A stretch of DNA of 64,000 bases. Origin: Gammaproteobacteria bacterium (GTDB lineage: Bacteria; Pseudomonadota; Gammaproteobacteria; Eutrophobiales; Eutrophobiaceae). The position numbers and the translations under genes were made by a program. The DNA lies in NCBI GenBank assembly GCA_965200295.1, contig OZ241347.1, forward strand, positions 3,244,639-3,308,638, in the 5' to 3' direction. Numbering within the stretch: position 1 is the stretch's first letter; every line of letters starts with the position of its first letter. Positions 30,213 to 39,377 of the stretch are shown here, one piece after another. The notes under the pieces are model-generated. The model did no database searches and had not been told where the DNA came from. It was given only the letters and a program-made list of their open reading frames with translations.

Positions 30213-30983
30213 TCATTGAAGATGCGCGTCCTGCAGTCCTTCCAGCACCAGGTGCGGTTCGTGCAGGGTTTGTTCCGGTAGTAATGGCAGAATTTGTGCC
30301 GCGGCGCCGCCAGTGACGATGAACAGCGGTTCGGCGCCCTGCTCTTCCTTGAGTTTACCGGCGCAGTATGCCAGCAGGCCGGTAAGCGCGCAGGCAAAGC
30401 CATTGTTGATGCAGGCTGCGGTGGAACGGCCGAAGTCCGCTTGCAAGGCCTGCTCCCGATGTTCATGGGCGCCATGTTCATGGATGCTTTGTTCATGGAT
30501 GCCTTGGGTTTCCTGCGCCAGCGTCGCCGCGGTGAGCGTCAGGCCGGGCAGGATGAAGCCGCCGGCGTGCCGGCCGTTGCCGAGGATAACGTCTATCGTG
30601 AGCGCGGTGCCGCAGTCAAGCACACATAACGGTCGGTGGTGCCGGCGCCAGGCTGCCAGCAGCGCCAACCAGCGGTCCACGCCCATGGTGTTGACGTCGT
30701 GATAGGCATTGCGCAAACCGGCCTGCTCCCGGGCAGTGACGGCCAGCTGCGCTTCCAGGTTCCAGGTGGAACGCACATATCCGCATAGCGCGGCCGTGGT
30801 GGCGCTAGCGGCCACGCTGGCAACGTGAACCTGTTGCGGCGCTTGCAGAGCGCGCCAGTGGACCAGCAGTAATGCGGCCAGCGTGTCCGGCGTGTAGGCA
30901 CACGCGTTGTGCCCGAACAGAACGTTATCTTCTGCACAGGCCCACTTGATCCGGGTGTTGCCGATATCTACCAGTAAATTCAT
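30213..30983 (-). CDS. coaX: Type III pantothenate kinase
   Basis: MNLLVDIGNTRIKWA N-terminus and TGGAA near the C-terminus. Overlaps the birA stop by 4 nt. Confidence 0.9.
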   Translation of the reverse strand: MNLLVDIGNTRIKWACAEDNVLFGHNACAYTPDTLAALLLVHWRALQAPQQVHVASVAASATTAALCGYVRSTWNLEAQLAVTAREQAGLRNAYHDVNTMGVDRWLALLAAWRRHHRPLCVLDCGTALTIDVILGNGRHAGGFILPGLTLTAATLAQETQGIHEQSIHEHGAHEHREQALQADFGRSTAACINNGFACALTGLLAYCAGKLKEEQGAEPLFIVTGGAAAQILPLLPEQTLHEPHLVLEGLQDAHLQ

Positions 30984-31975
30984 GTTATTGGCTTGAATCC
31001 CCCATTTTTAGAGATTGGTCTGACCCGCAACTCACCACTGCTGAACTTGCTGAGTCCGGCGCCGGTCTTTAGCAGTAACAAACCGTTATCGTCCACGCCC
31101 TGGACGCGACCACTGAGCGTCTGCTCCGGCAGGTGCAGTTCCACCTGTCGATCACAAAGATAGTCCCGTGCGCGCCATGCCGCCACATAGTCGGCCATCC
31201 CGCCGCCGGCGACGCGCGCCAGCGTGGCCAGTTGTTCCACCAGGATACTGCTTGCCAGCCGACTGCGGCCGGGGCGCGTGCCATAGTGAGCGGCCAGATC
31301 TGTGACCGGTTGATCCAGCGCGGCTTTCAGCGCGCACGGCAGGCGCACGTTGAGACCGATACCGATGACCACATCGCAGGTGGACGCGGTTTCGCTACGC
31401 GCCTCCAGCAGTATGCCGCCGGTTTTTTTCCCGTCGAGCATCAGGTCATTGGGCCATTTCAGTTGTATGCCATCCAGGCCCAGCCCGGTCAGCGCCTGCG
31501 CCACGGCCACCCCGCAAGCCAGAGACAGCGCGTTCAGAGAGGTCGGAGCCATATCGAAATGCCAGCCCAGCGACAGATACAGGCCGCCGGCAAAAGGCGA
31601 CACCCACACCCTGCCGCGGCGGCCCTTGCCACCGTGTTGATGCTCGGCCAGGACTATCTGCCGGTGCAGGTCCGCTTGCCCGAACCGGTCGGTGAGGCAT
31701 TGGTTGGTTGATGCGGTTTCCAGCAGCGCCTCGAGTCGGCAACCGTTGGCCGCCGCGCCCATGCCGTCAAGGATTGCAGACCGTTCCAGCAGGTCGATCT
31801 CATCTAACAGGCGATATCCCTTGCTGTGCCCAGCCTCAATATCCAGGCCCAGCGCGCGCAAGCGTTTGATGTTCTTCCAGATAACGGTCCTGCTTACGCC
31901 CAGTTGCGCAGCCAGGGCGTGACCTGAATGCCAGGCGTTGTCCAGCAGGCAACCTAACAGCGCCCTGCTATCCAT
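30980..31975 (-). CDS. birA: Bifunctional biotin-[acetyl-CoA-carboxylase] ligase / biotin operon repressor
   Basis: N-terminal HTH (SGHALAAQLGVSRTVIWKNIKRLRALG) and the GGKGRRGR biotin-ligase motif. The start is set at MDSRALL (31975) because the longer ORF would overlap the upstream gene. Confidence 0.9.
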   Translation of the reverse strand: MDSRALLGCLLDNAWHSGHALAAQLGVSRTVIWKNIKRLRALGLDIEAGHSKGYRLLDEIDLLERSAILDGMGAAANGCRLEALLETASTNQCLTDRFGQADLHRQIVLAEHQHGGKGRRGRVWVSPFAGGLYLSLGWHFDMAPTSLNALSLACGVAVAQALTGLGLDGIQLKWPNDLMLDGKKTGGILLEARSETASTCDVVIGIGLNVRLPCALKAALDQPVTDLAAHYGTRPGRSRLASSILVEQLATLARVAGGGMADYVAAWRARDYLCDRQVELHLPEQTLSGRVQGVDDNGLLLLKTGAGLSKFSSGELRVRPISKNGGFKPIT

Positions 31976-32825
31976 TAGCGCCGGTATCAGGCTCGCACCC
32001 GACCGCAACCGGCCGCGCCGGGTCTGTGCACCATTCGCTCCAGGAACCGGCATAGAGTCTGGGCAGCGGGTAACCGGCGTGCACTGCGGCCAGCAGGTTG
32101 TGGCAGGCCGAGACGCCGGACCCGCAGTAAAAGGTAACGTCCGGCGCGGCGATGTCGGCATACAAACCGGCGAATGCCTGCCGCAGGCGTTGCGGCGAAT
32201 GAAATTTACCCTGTGCGTCCAGGTTATCTTTCCAGGGGCGATTCCAGGCCCCGGGAATGTGCCCCGCCACCGGGTCTATCGGCTCTGCCGCGCCGGCATA
32301 CCGGGGGGCTTCGCGCGAGTCCACCAGACGCGGGATGGCGTGCACTTCCTGCAGCTGCACCAGGCGTCCACTGTTCAAGGTGGCAGTGAAACGCCCGTCA
32401 GTGACCTGCGTCTCTATTGCAGCCGTTGCATAACCGGCCTGCTGCCAGGCTTGCAGTCCGCCGTCCAGCACTGCCACCCGCTCATGCCCGGCGTAGTTGA
32501 GCAACCACCACAGGCGCGCCGCGAAAGCGCCGCCGGCATTATCATAAGCCACCACCTGTTTGTGGTTGCTGACACCCAGCGCCGAGAGTTGCCGTTCCAG
32601 TTGCGCTACGGATGGCATGGGGTGACGGCCGCGGTCGGTAACGGGATGCGGGCTGCTGAGGTCGCGCTGCAAGTCCGCATACACGGCACCAGGGACATGT
32701 TCCGCCAGATAGCGCTGGTAGCCGGCGCTCTTGTCCGTGAGGTCATACTGGCAGTCCACAACCAGCCAGTCCGGCGCGGCGCGGTGTAGCGCCAGGGTCT
32801 GCGCGTCGATTAAGGTATTATACAT
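31968..32825 (-). CDS. sseA: Tandem-rhodanese sulfurtransferase (3-mercaptopyruvate/thiosulfate sulfurtransferase-like)
   Basis: Two rhodanese-like halves. Active-site loop YCGSGVSACH. Confidence 0.8.
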   Translation of the reverse strand: MYNTLIDAQTLALHRAAPDWLVVDCQYDLTDKSAGYQRYLAEHVPGAVYADLQRDLSSPHPVTDRGRHPMPSVAQLERQLSALGVSNHKQVVAYDNAGGAFAARLWWLLNYAGHERVAVLDGGLQAWQQAGYATAAIETQVTDGRFTATLNSGRLVQLQEVHAIPRLVDSREAPRYAGAAEPIDPVAGHIPGAWNRPWKDNLDAQGKFHSPQRLRQAFAGLYADIAAPDVTFYCGSGVSACHNLLAAVHAGYPLPRLYAGSWSEWCTDPARPVAVGCEPDTGANG

Positions 32826-32870
32826 GGTTGCTGGTTGCCTGTAAGGAGATACATCTAAGGATTAGATATA

Positions 32871-33021
32871 GTAACCTCTAAAAATGCCCTCCGTGGCATT
32901 TTTAGAGACGGTAACGAAAAAATGCGATTTTTCGTTACCGTCATTTTCAAGCACTGACGTGCTTAAAAATGGCAGCATATCCATAATGCTGCACGGCCAC
33001 CTCTAATTTTTAGAGGTGGCC
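32871..33021 (+). repeat. Five-hairpin MITE-like element, copy B
   Basis: gtaacctctaaaaatgccctccgtggcatttttagagacggtaacgaaaaaatgcgatttttcgttacc...ggccacctctaatttttagaggtggcc. Confidence 0.85.
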
Positions 33022-33200
33022 ATATACCAAAAAAGCATAACAATAGCTTTTCTTATTATTGATTGGAATAGAAAGCATGGTTAAAATGCCGCCTTTTTAA
33101 CGGTTGCCCATGAGTATGGCCTTGGGCATACCTGTGGGCATAGCTGTAACCATACACAGTATTTTGCCCATACACAATTTTACCCACATACAATCTTACT

Positions 33201-33926
33201 ATGACAAATACATCATTTGACATTGAGGCCCATGCTCAGGACTTCCAGGATAAAGGGCCGGCTGACATTCTGCGCTTTGCTTTTGATAATTTTGACAATA
33301 TTGCCATTTCCTTCAGTGGCGCCGAGGATGTCGTGCTGATCGACATTGCCAGGCGGATCAACCCGGAGGTCAAGGTGTTTTCTCTGGATACCGGCCGCCT
33401 GCACAGCGAAACCTACCGCTTCTTAGAGCAGGTGCGGGAACATTATGGCGTGGAACTGGACGTATTGTCCCCGGATGCGGCACAACTGGAGCCCTTTGTG
33501 CGGGAAAAAGGCTTGTACAGTTTCTACAAAGATGGACACAAGGAATGCTGCGGCATCCGTAAAATCGCACCCTTGCGCCGCAAGCTGGAAACGCTGGACG
33601 CCTGGGTCACCGGGCAGCGCAAGGACCAGAGCCCGACCCGCGCCAACGTCAGCGTGATGGAAACCGATGGGGCGTTCTCCGGTCCCAATCACACCCTGCA
33701 CAAGTTCAACCCCCTGGCAAACTGGACTTCAAAACAGGTATGGAGCTATATCCGCGCCAACGATGTGCCCTATAACGAGCTACACAGCCGCGGCTACATC
33801 AGTATTGGTTGTGAACCCTGCACCCGCCAGGTGCTGCCCAACCAGCATGAGCGCGAAGGCCGCTGGTGGTGGGAAGAAGAAACCCTGAAGGAATGCGGGT
33901 TGCACGCGGGGAATTTAGAGAGTTAA
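33201..33926 (+). CDS. cysH: Assimilatory adenylyl-sulfate (APS) reductase, CysH family with Fe-S cysteine pairs
   Basis: [12 protein letters not shown] and SIGCEPCT cysteine pairs, plus the C-terminal ECGLH motif. Confidence 0.9.
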   Translation: MTNTSFDIEAHAQDFQDKGPADILRFAFDNFDNIAISFSGAEDVVLIDIARRINPEVKVFSLDTGRLHSETYRFLEQVREHYGVELDVLSPDAAQLEPFVREKGLYSFYKDGHKECCGIRKIAPLRRKLETLDAWVTGQRKDQSPTRANVSVMETDGAFSGPNHTLHKFNPLANWTSKQVWSYIRANDVPYNELHSRGYISIGCEPCTRQVLPNQHEREGRWWWEEETLKECGLHAGNLES

Positions 33927-33945
33927 GCCTCCAAAAAAAACGCCC

Positions 33946-34920
33946 TTAATACGCCGGCAGTTCCAGCTCGCGGAACAGGCGGTCCAGTCCCTTCCTGTCA
34001 TCGGTTTGAGCTGCTTGTTGCACCAGTTTGCGGGTCAGGTGCGGGGCAAATAATTCGATGAATTCGTACATGTAGTTGCGCAGGAATATGCCGCGCCGAA
34101 AGCCGATGCGAGTGGTGGCCTGCTGGAACAGGTGGCTGGCATCCAGGCAGGCCAGGTCCTCATCCAGTTCCGGATCGTAAGCCAGGCTTGCTACAATGCC
34201 GATACCCATGCCGGCCCTGACGTAGGTCTTGATAACATCGGCGTCGGTAGCGGTAAACACGACTCGCGGTTCCAGTTTGGCCCGATTGAAGGCGCGATCC
34301 AGTTGCGAGCGGCCGGTAAACCCGAATACGTAAGTCACGATGGGATAGGCCGCGAGGGCTCTTAAGGTCAGCCGTTCAAGCTCTGTCAGGGGATGGTCGC
34401 GGGGCACGATCACGCTCCGGTTCCAATGATAGCAGGGCATCATAACCAGATTGTCGAACAGTTCCAACGCCTCGGTGGCAATAGCAAACTCGACCGTGCC
34501 GCGGGCGGCCAGTTCCGAGATCTGCACCGGGGTGCCCTGGTGCATGTGCAGGCTCACTTCCGGGTACTTTTTACGGAAACCGCTGACTATGGTCGGCAGC
34601 ACGTAACGGGCCTGGGTGTGGGTAGTGGCGATGGCCAGTGTGCCCTTCTGTTCATCGGTGTATTCCTGTGCCACCTGCTGCAGCTTGTCCACTTGCTCCA
34701 GGATATTGTCGGCCAGGTCGATAATCACCTCGCCGGCCTGGGTAATTTCAGTGAGGTGCTTGCCGCCGCGCTGAAAGATTTTCAGGCCCAGTTCATCTTC
34801 CAGCATACGGATTTGTTTACTGATGCCCGATTGGGACGTGTACAGGCTGTCAGCCGTGGCCGACACGTTCAGGCCGTGCCTGGCAACTTCCCGGATAAAA
34901 CGTAATTGCTGTAGTTTCAT
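33946..34920 (-). CDS. cysB: LysR family transcriptional regulator, CysB/Cbl-like
   Basis: MKLQQLRFIREVARHGLNVSATADSLYTSQSGISKQIRMLEDELG. 324 aa, adjacent to cysH. Confidence 0.8.
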   Translation of the reverse strand: MKLQQLRFIREVARHGLNVSATADSLYTSQSGISKQIRMLEDELGLKIFQRGGKHLTEITQAGEVIIDLADNILEQVDKLQQVAQEYTDEQKGTLAIATTHTQARYVLPTIVSGFRKKYPEVSLHMHQGTPVQISELAARGTVEFAIATEALELFDNLVMMPCYHWNRSVIVPRDHPLTELERLTLRALAAYPIVTYVFGFTGRSQLDRAFNRAKLEPRVVFTATDADVIKTYVRAGMGIGIVASLAYDPELDEDLACLDASHLFQQATTRIGFRRGIFLRNYMYEFIELFAPHLTRKLVQQAAQTDDRKGLDRLFRELELPAY

Positions 34921-35111
34921 GTTGTGCGTAGCGTCACTTGCAAACTTCCATCAGCGCCGTGGCGGAATATGGGCGCCCCTAAAAATTGGCGGCGCTTTTA
35001 GAGGTGGCCTTATTATATCATTTAGTTCTAAAAATAGCTAAAACTATCGCTTTTCAGTATAGATAATTAGCGTTAGAGTGACACCCTGTTTGCTTCGGAC
35101 ACGTTCCAGTC

Positions 35112-35897
35112 GTGGATTTTGCGTTTACATTTGCCGGTTTTGTGGTCGGCTTTGTCATTGGTCTTACCGGTGTGGGCGGCGGTTCCCTGATGACACCGGC
35201 GCTGGTGCTGATATTCGGCGTCAAGCCGGCAGTGGCGGTGGGCACAGACCTGTTGTACGCGGCGATTACCAAAGGGGGCGGGATTTTCCCTCACCACAGG
35301 CAAGGGACCATCGACTGGAGAGTCGTGCGGCTGTTGGCATCGGGCAGTATCCCGGCTACCTTGATCGCGCTGGTGGTGTTGAAAAAACTGGCCGCCATGG
35401 GCATCAACTATGAATCCATCATCACCTCCACGCTCAGCATCGCCCTGATTTTGACCTCCCTGGTGATCCTGTTCAAAAGCCAGTTGCAGTCTCTGGGCAA
35501 AGCCGAGCCGTTCCAGTTCATACGCATCATGCACAGACGGTTACGCGTGCCGATAACCATTCTGGCCGGGGTTATCATCGGCACCCTGGTCACTCTCTCT
35601 TCAGTCGGCGCCGGCGCCCTGGGCGCGGCTTTCCTGTTTTTTCTTTATCCCCGCTTCAACACCGTCAGGATCGTGGGCACCGATCTGGCTCATGCAGTGC
35701 CAATCACCGCAATCGCCGGCCTGGGTCACTGGCACCTGGGTTCGGTGGACTTCCAACTCCTGCTCAGCCTGATCATCGGATCGCTACCGGGTATCTACCT
35801 GGGCAGCCACGCCGGGGTACAGTTACCGGAAAAATTCATGCGCACGCTGCTTGCGCTGATGCTGCTGCTGATTGGCGGTCGCCTGGCAGTGGTATAA
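35112..35897 (+). CDS. TauE/SafE family sulfite/anion exporter-like membrane protein
   Basis: Polytopic protein with GVGGGSLMTPALV at the N-terminus and a repeated half-architecture. Confidence 0.8.
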   Translation: MDFAFTFAGFVVGFVIGLTGVGGGSLMTPALVLIFGVKPAVAVGTDLLYAAITKGGGIFPHHRQGTIDWRVVRLLASGSIPATLIALVVLKKLAAMGINYESIITSTLSIALILTSLVILFKSQLQSLGKAEPFQFIRIMHRRLRVPITILAGVIIGTLVTLSSVGAGALGAAFLFFLYPRFNTVRIVGTDLAHAVPITAIAGLGHWHLGSVDFQLLLSLIIGSLPGIYLGSHAGVQLPEKFMRTLLALMLLLIGGRLAVV

Positions 35898-35925
35898 AAA
35901 AACCCGCTCATGCGGGGTTTTTTTA
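35896..35925 (+). terminator. Rho-independent terminator
   Basis: aaaaaaacccgctcatgcggggttttttt lies immediately after the tauE-like stop. Confidence 0.8.
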
Positions 35926-35926
35926 C

Positions 35927-36077
35927 AGGTAACCTCTAAAAATGCCATCCGTGGCATTTTTAGAGACGGAAACGGAAAAATGCGATTTTCCGTTTCCTTC
36001 ATTTTCAAGCACTTACGTGCTTAAAAATGGCAGCATATCCTTATGCTGCACGGCCACCTCTAATTTTTAGAGGTGGC
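35927..36077 (+). repeat. Five-hairpin MITE-like element, copy C
   Basis: ggtaacctctaaaaatgccatccgtggcatttttagagacggaaacggaaaaatgcgattttccgtttcc...ggccacctctaatttttagaggtggcc. Confidence 0.85.
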
Positions 36078-36105
36078 CTATACATAAACACCAGCGCAGC
36101 AGACC

Positions 36106-36333
36106 TCAGCCGGTATGCGTCTGGCGGTATTGACTGATCATTGCCGCCATCTGGTCTTTGAGGTGCAGTTTTTCTTTTTTCAGGTTATCCAGAACATATC
36201 CATCCACGGGTGTTACGCCGGAATTGGCCTGGTTGACTTGTTGCTTCAATTCACCATGCTTTGAATGCAGTCGCTTAAAATTTTCGTTTTCGTTCAATAA
36301 TGCATCGACTATCTCCTGCTCATATTCAAACAT
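36106..36333 (-). CDS. DUF465/YdcH-like small coiled-coil protein
   Basis: 75 aa. LLNENENFKRLHSKHGELKQQV...LKKEKLHLKDQM pattern. Confidence 0.65.
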   Translation of the reverse strand: MFEYEQEIVDALLNENENFKRLHSKHGELKQQVNQANSGVTPVDGYVLDNLKKEKLHLKDQMAAMISQYRQTHTG

Positions 36334-36459
36334 AGAGGCCTCCTTCAGGTCAGGTTTTCAGGGTTTAAGCAATCTCTAATTTTTAGAGGTTACCTTATAG
36401 TGCCTACAGCCTTAAAGTTAGTCCAAATTTCCCCAGACTACAAGGAAAAAATTTTCTAT

Positions 36460-36609
36460 GGTAACCTCTAAAAATGCCCTCCGTGGCATTTTTAGACACG
36501 GAAACGGAAAAGTATGATTTTCCGTTTCCTTCATTTTCAATCACTTACGTGATTAAAAATGGCAGTATATCCCTATACTGCACGGGCATCTCTGATTTTT
36601 AGAGGTACC
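36460..36609 (+). repeat. Five-hairpin MITE-like element, copy D (most diverged)
   Basis: ggtaacctctaaaaatgccctccgtggcatttttagacacggaaacggaaaagtatgattttccgtttcc...gggcatctctgatttttagaggtaccc. Confidence 0.8.
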
Positions 36610-36623
36610 CTTATTATAAGCAC

Positions 36624-37562
36624 ATGCGCGCGGCAACGTTTATCAACATCGTGTTTTATCTGCTGTCTGCCTCAGGCGGACACCTTCATGCTACTGAAAA
36701 ACATGATAAAACGTTCAGCCTCACCGAGGTCAGCGCCGGTATTTACGTACACCAGGGCAAGCATGTGGGGCTGGAGCATGACCACAGCGACGATATTGCC
36801 AACATCGGCTTCATCGTCGGCGAGCAATGTATTGCCGTTATCGACACCGGCGGTTCGGTGGCTATTGGCCAGGCCTTGCAAAAAGCCATGCGTAGCGTCT
36901 CATCCCTGCCTGTTTGCTACGTGATCAATACCCATATACATTTTGACCATGTACTGGGAAACGCCGCTTTCAAGGCTGCTGAGCCGGTCTTCGTCGGGCA
37001 CGAAAACCTGGCGCTGGAAATGGCGCATAACCGCGCGTTTTTCCTGTCGGAGTTTCGCGCCAACCTCGGTGAAAATCCCTCGGCAGCCTCGATCATCGGC
37101 CCGGACCTCACCGTTGCCAATACGCTGGAACTGGATCTGGGCAACCGGATAATTACCCTGCGCGCTTACCCGCCCTCCCATTCCCATACGGATTTATCGG
37201 TGTATGACCATAACACTGCGACGTTATGGCTCTCTGACCTGCTGTTCGTGGACCGGATTCCCGCCCTCGACGGCAGTCTCAAAGGCTGGCTGGAGACGCT
37301 GGACCTGCTGACCGCACAGCCGGCCCGGCGCGTTATTCCCGGTCACGGCCCTGTCAGCCTGCCCTGGCCGGATGCAGCCGATGCCCAGGATACCTACCTG
37401 CGTATGTTGCTGGCCCGCACCAGAGAAGAAATCGCCAAGGGGGCATTCATGGAGGACATCATTGAGACCGTGGGTAACACAGAGAAAACCCAATGGCTGC
37501 TGCATGAGGAAAACCACCGACGCAACGTTACCCGGGCGTTTACTGAGTTAGAGTGGGAGTGA
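36624..37562 (+). CDS. Secreted MBL-fold metallo-hydrolase
   Basis: Signal-like N-terminus. THIHFDHVLG (HxHxDH) motif and a later HGP motif. Confidence 0.8.
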   Translation: MRAATFINIVFYLLSASGGHLHATEKHDKTFSLTEVSAGIYVHQGKHVGLEHDHSDDIANIGFIVGEQCIAVIDTGGSVAIGQALQKAMRSVSSLPVCYVINTHIHFDHVLGNAAFKAAEPVFVGHENLALEMAHNRAFFLSEFRANLGENPSAASIIGPDLTVANTLELDLGNRIITLRAYPPSHSHTDLSVYDHNTATLWLSDLLFVDRIPALDGSLKGWLETLDLLTAQPARRVIPGHGPVSLPWPDAADAQDTYLRMLLARTREEIAKGAFMEDIIETVGNTEKTQWLLHEENHRRNVTRAFTELEWE

Positions 37563-37573
37563 AATAGTACCGG

Positions 37574-37679
37574 AAGAAGTCGGCATGGTCTCGTCAGGAT
37601 GGTCGCCAGCCGGGATGGCTGGCGCAAAGCGTACCGGCACGTATTCACAGCGCTCCTGACGAAACCATGCCGACTTCTT
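37574..37679. repeat. Long-arm inverted repeat (26-nt arms, 1 mismatch) between convergent genes
   Basis: Arms aagaagtcggcatggtctcgtcagga and tcctgacgaaaccatgccgacttctt. There is an internal cgccagcc/ggctggcg hairpin. Confidence 0.8.
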
Positions 37680-37694
37680 GACCAACTTCATGGC

Positions 37695-39359
37695 CTACAT
37701 CCCCGGATAGTTGGGTCCGCCACCACCTTCCGGGGGCACCCAGACGATGTTCTGGGTGGGGTCTTTGATATCACAGGTCTTGCAGTGCACGCAGTTCTGG
37801 GCGTTGATCCGCAATGCGGGGGCGTCGTCTTCGGTAACAATCTCGTAAACACCCGCGGGGCAATAGCGTTGCTCGGGCGCGGCATAGCGTTCCAGGTTGG
37901 TGGCAATCGGGATGGTCTCATTCTTCAGCGTAAGGTGACAAGGCTGATCTTCTTCGTGGTTGGTATTGGAGATGAAGACTGATGAGAGTTTGTCGAAACT
38001 CAGCTTGCCATCCGGTTTGGGATAATCAATGGGTTCGCAATCCGCGGCGGCCTTCAGGCAGGTGTGGTCCGGGTGTCGGTCGTGCAGGGTGAATGGCAGT
38101 CGCCCGGCAAAAACGGACTGGTCGGCCAGGTTGAACGCAGCGCCCAGGTACATGCCAAACCGGTGCAGGGCTGCGCCGAAATTGCGGGAGCGATAAATAT
38201 CATCATAAGCCCAGCAGGCGCGGAAGTTGTCGTCGAATGCCGACAGGTTTGCGGCCGCTTGCTCACCCCCGGCGCCCCTACTGGCTGGCAGCGCGGTGAT
38301 CAGGGTTTGCGCGGCAACCATGCCGGACTTCATGGCCGTGTGCGTGCCCTTGATCTTGGCGAAATTCAAGGTGCCGGCGTCACACCCAACCAGTAACGCG
38401 CCGGGCATGGACATTTTCGGCAATGAGTTCAAACCGCCTTTGGTGATGGAGCGGGCGCCGTAGGCCAGACGTCGCCCGCCGGCCAGGGTCTGCGCAATCA
38501 AAGGGTGGTGTTTGAGGCACTGGAATTCATCGAATGGGCTGAGGTAGGGGTTGGCGTAATTCAGATCGATGATCAAACCGACCACGACCTGATTGGGCGC
38601 CAGATGGTACAGAAAAAAGCCGCCGGAAGCCTGTTTGGACAGCGGCCAACCGGAACCGTGCACGACCAGGCCGGGTCGGAAGTTGTCTGCGTCCACCTCC
38701 CATAACTCCTTGATACCCAATCCGTAATGCTGCGGATCACGGCCTTGGTCAAGCTCATACTTGTCAATGAGCTGGCGGCCTAAGTGCCCGCGGCTGCCCT
38801 CGGCAAAAACCGTATAGCGCCCGTGCAGTTCCATACCCGGCTCGAAGCTGTCTTTCTCCTCACCCGTTACGGCACGTCCCATGTCTCCGGTTGCGACGCC
38901 TTTGACCCGCCCATTGTCGTCGAACAGCGCTTGGGCGGCGGCAAAGCCGGGGTAAATCTCCACCTCCAGCGCCTCTGCCTGCTCGGCCAACCAGCGGCAT
39001 ACGTTGCCCAGGCTGACGATGTAATTGCCCTGGTTGTGCATGCTCGCAGGCACCAGCGGGCCGGGAATTTTTATGGCTGAGTTATGACTGGTCAGGAAAT
39101 AGACCTGGTCCTGGCTGACGGGTGTGTGCAACGGCGCGCCACGCTCTTTCCAGTCGGGGATCAACTCATCTAAGGCACGCGTTTCCAGCACCGCGCCGGA
39201 CAGGATATGAGCGCCGATCTCAGAGCCTTTTTCCAGCAGGCAAACGCTGAGCTCCTGCTCCCGTTGCTGCGCCAGGGTCTTGAGATGAATGGCTGTTGCG
39301 AGTCCTGCCGGGCCTCCGCCTACGATAACAACATCGTATTCCATGACCTCACGTTGCAT
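37695..39359 (-). CDS. Electron-transfer flavoprotein:ubiquinone oxidoreductase (ETF-QO)
   Basis: YDVVIVGGGPAGL FAD motif. C-terminal 4Fe-4S segment CPAGVYE...INAQNCVHCKTCDIKDP...GGGPNY. Confidence 0.95.
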   Translation of the reverse strand: MQREVMEYDVVIVGGGPAGLATAIHLKTLAQQREQELSVCLLEKGSEIGAHILSGAVLETRALDELIPDWKERGAPLHTPVSQDQVYFLTSHNSAIKIPGPLVPASMHNQGNYIVSLGNVCRWLAEQAEALEVEIYPGFAAAQALFDDNGRVKGVATGDMGRAVTGEEKDSFEPGMELHGRYTVFAEGSRGHLGRQLIDKYELDQGRDPQHYGLGIKELWEVDADNFRPGLVVHGSGWPLSKQASGGFFLYHLAPNQVVVGLIIDLNYANPYLSPFDEFQCLKHHPLIAQTLAGGRRLAYGARSITKGGLNSLPKMSMPGALLVGCDAGTLNFAKIKGTHTAMKSGMVAAQTLITALPASRGAGGEQAAANLSAFDDNFRACWAYDDIYRSRNFGAALHRFGMYLGAAFNLADQSVFAGRLPFTLHDRHPDHTCLKAAADCEPIDYPKPDGKLSFDKLSSVFISNTNHEEDQPCHLTLKNETIPIATNLERYAAPEQRYCPAGVYEIVTEDDAPALRINAQNCVHCKTCDIKDPTQNIVWVPPEGGGGPNYPGM

Positions 39360-39377
39360 GGAGACGGCCGGCGCCCC

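Noticed and set aside
31976-32161. 62-codon N-terminal extension of birA
   Set aside because: It overlaps the 3' end of the rhodanese gene, and the translation is Pro/Arg/Thr-rich junk. The HTH-containing BirA N-terminus starts at 31975.
36559-36924. 121-aa ORF starting inside MITE copy D
   Set aside because: It starts within the repeat element and is out of frame with the well-supported MBL-hydrolase gene (36624-37562) that it overlaps.
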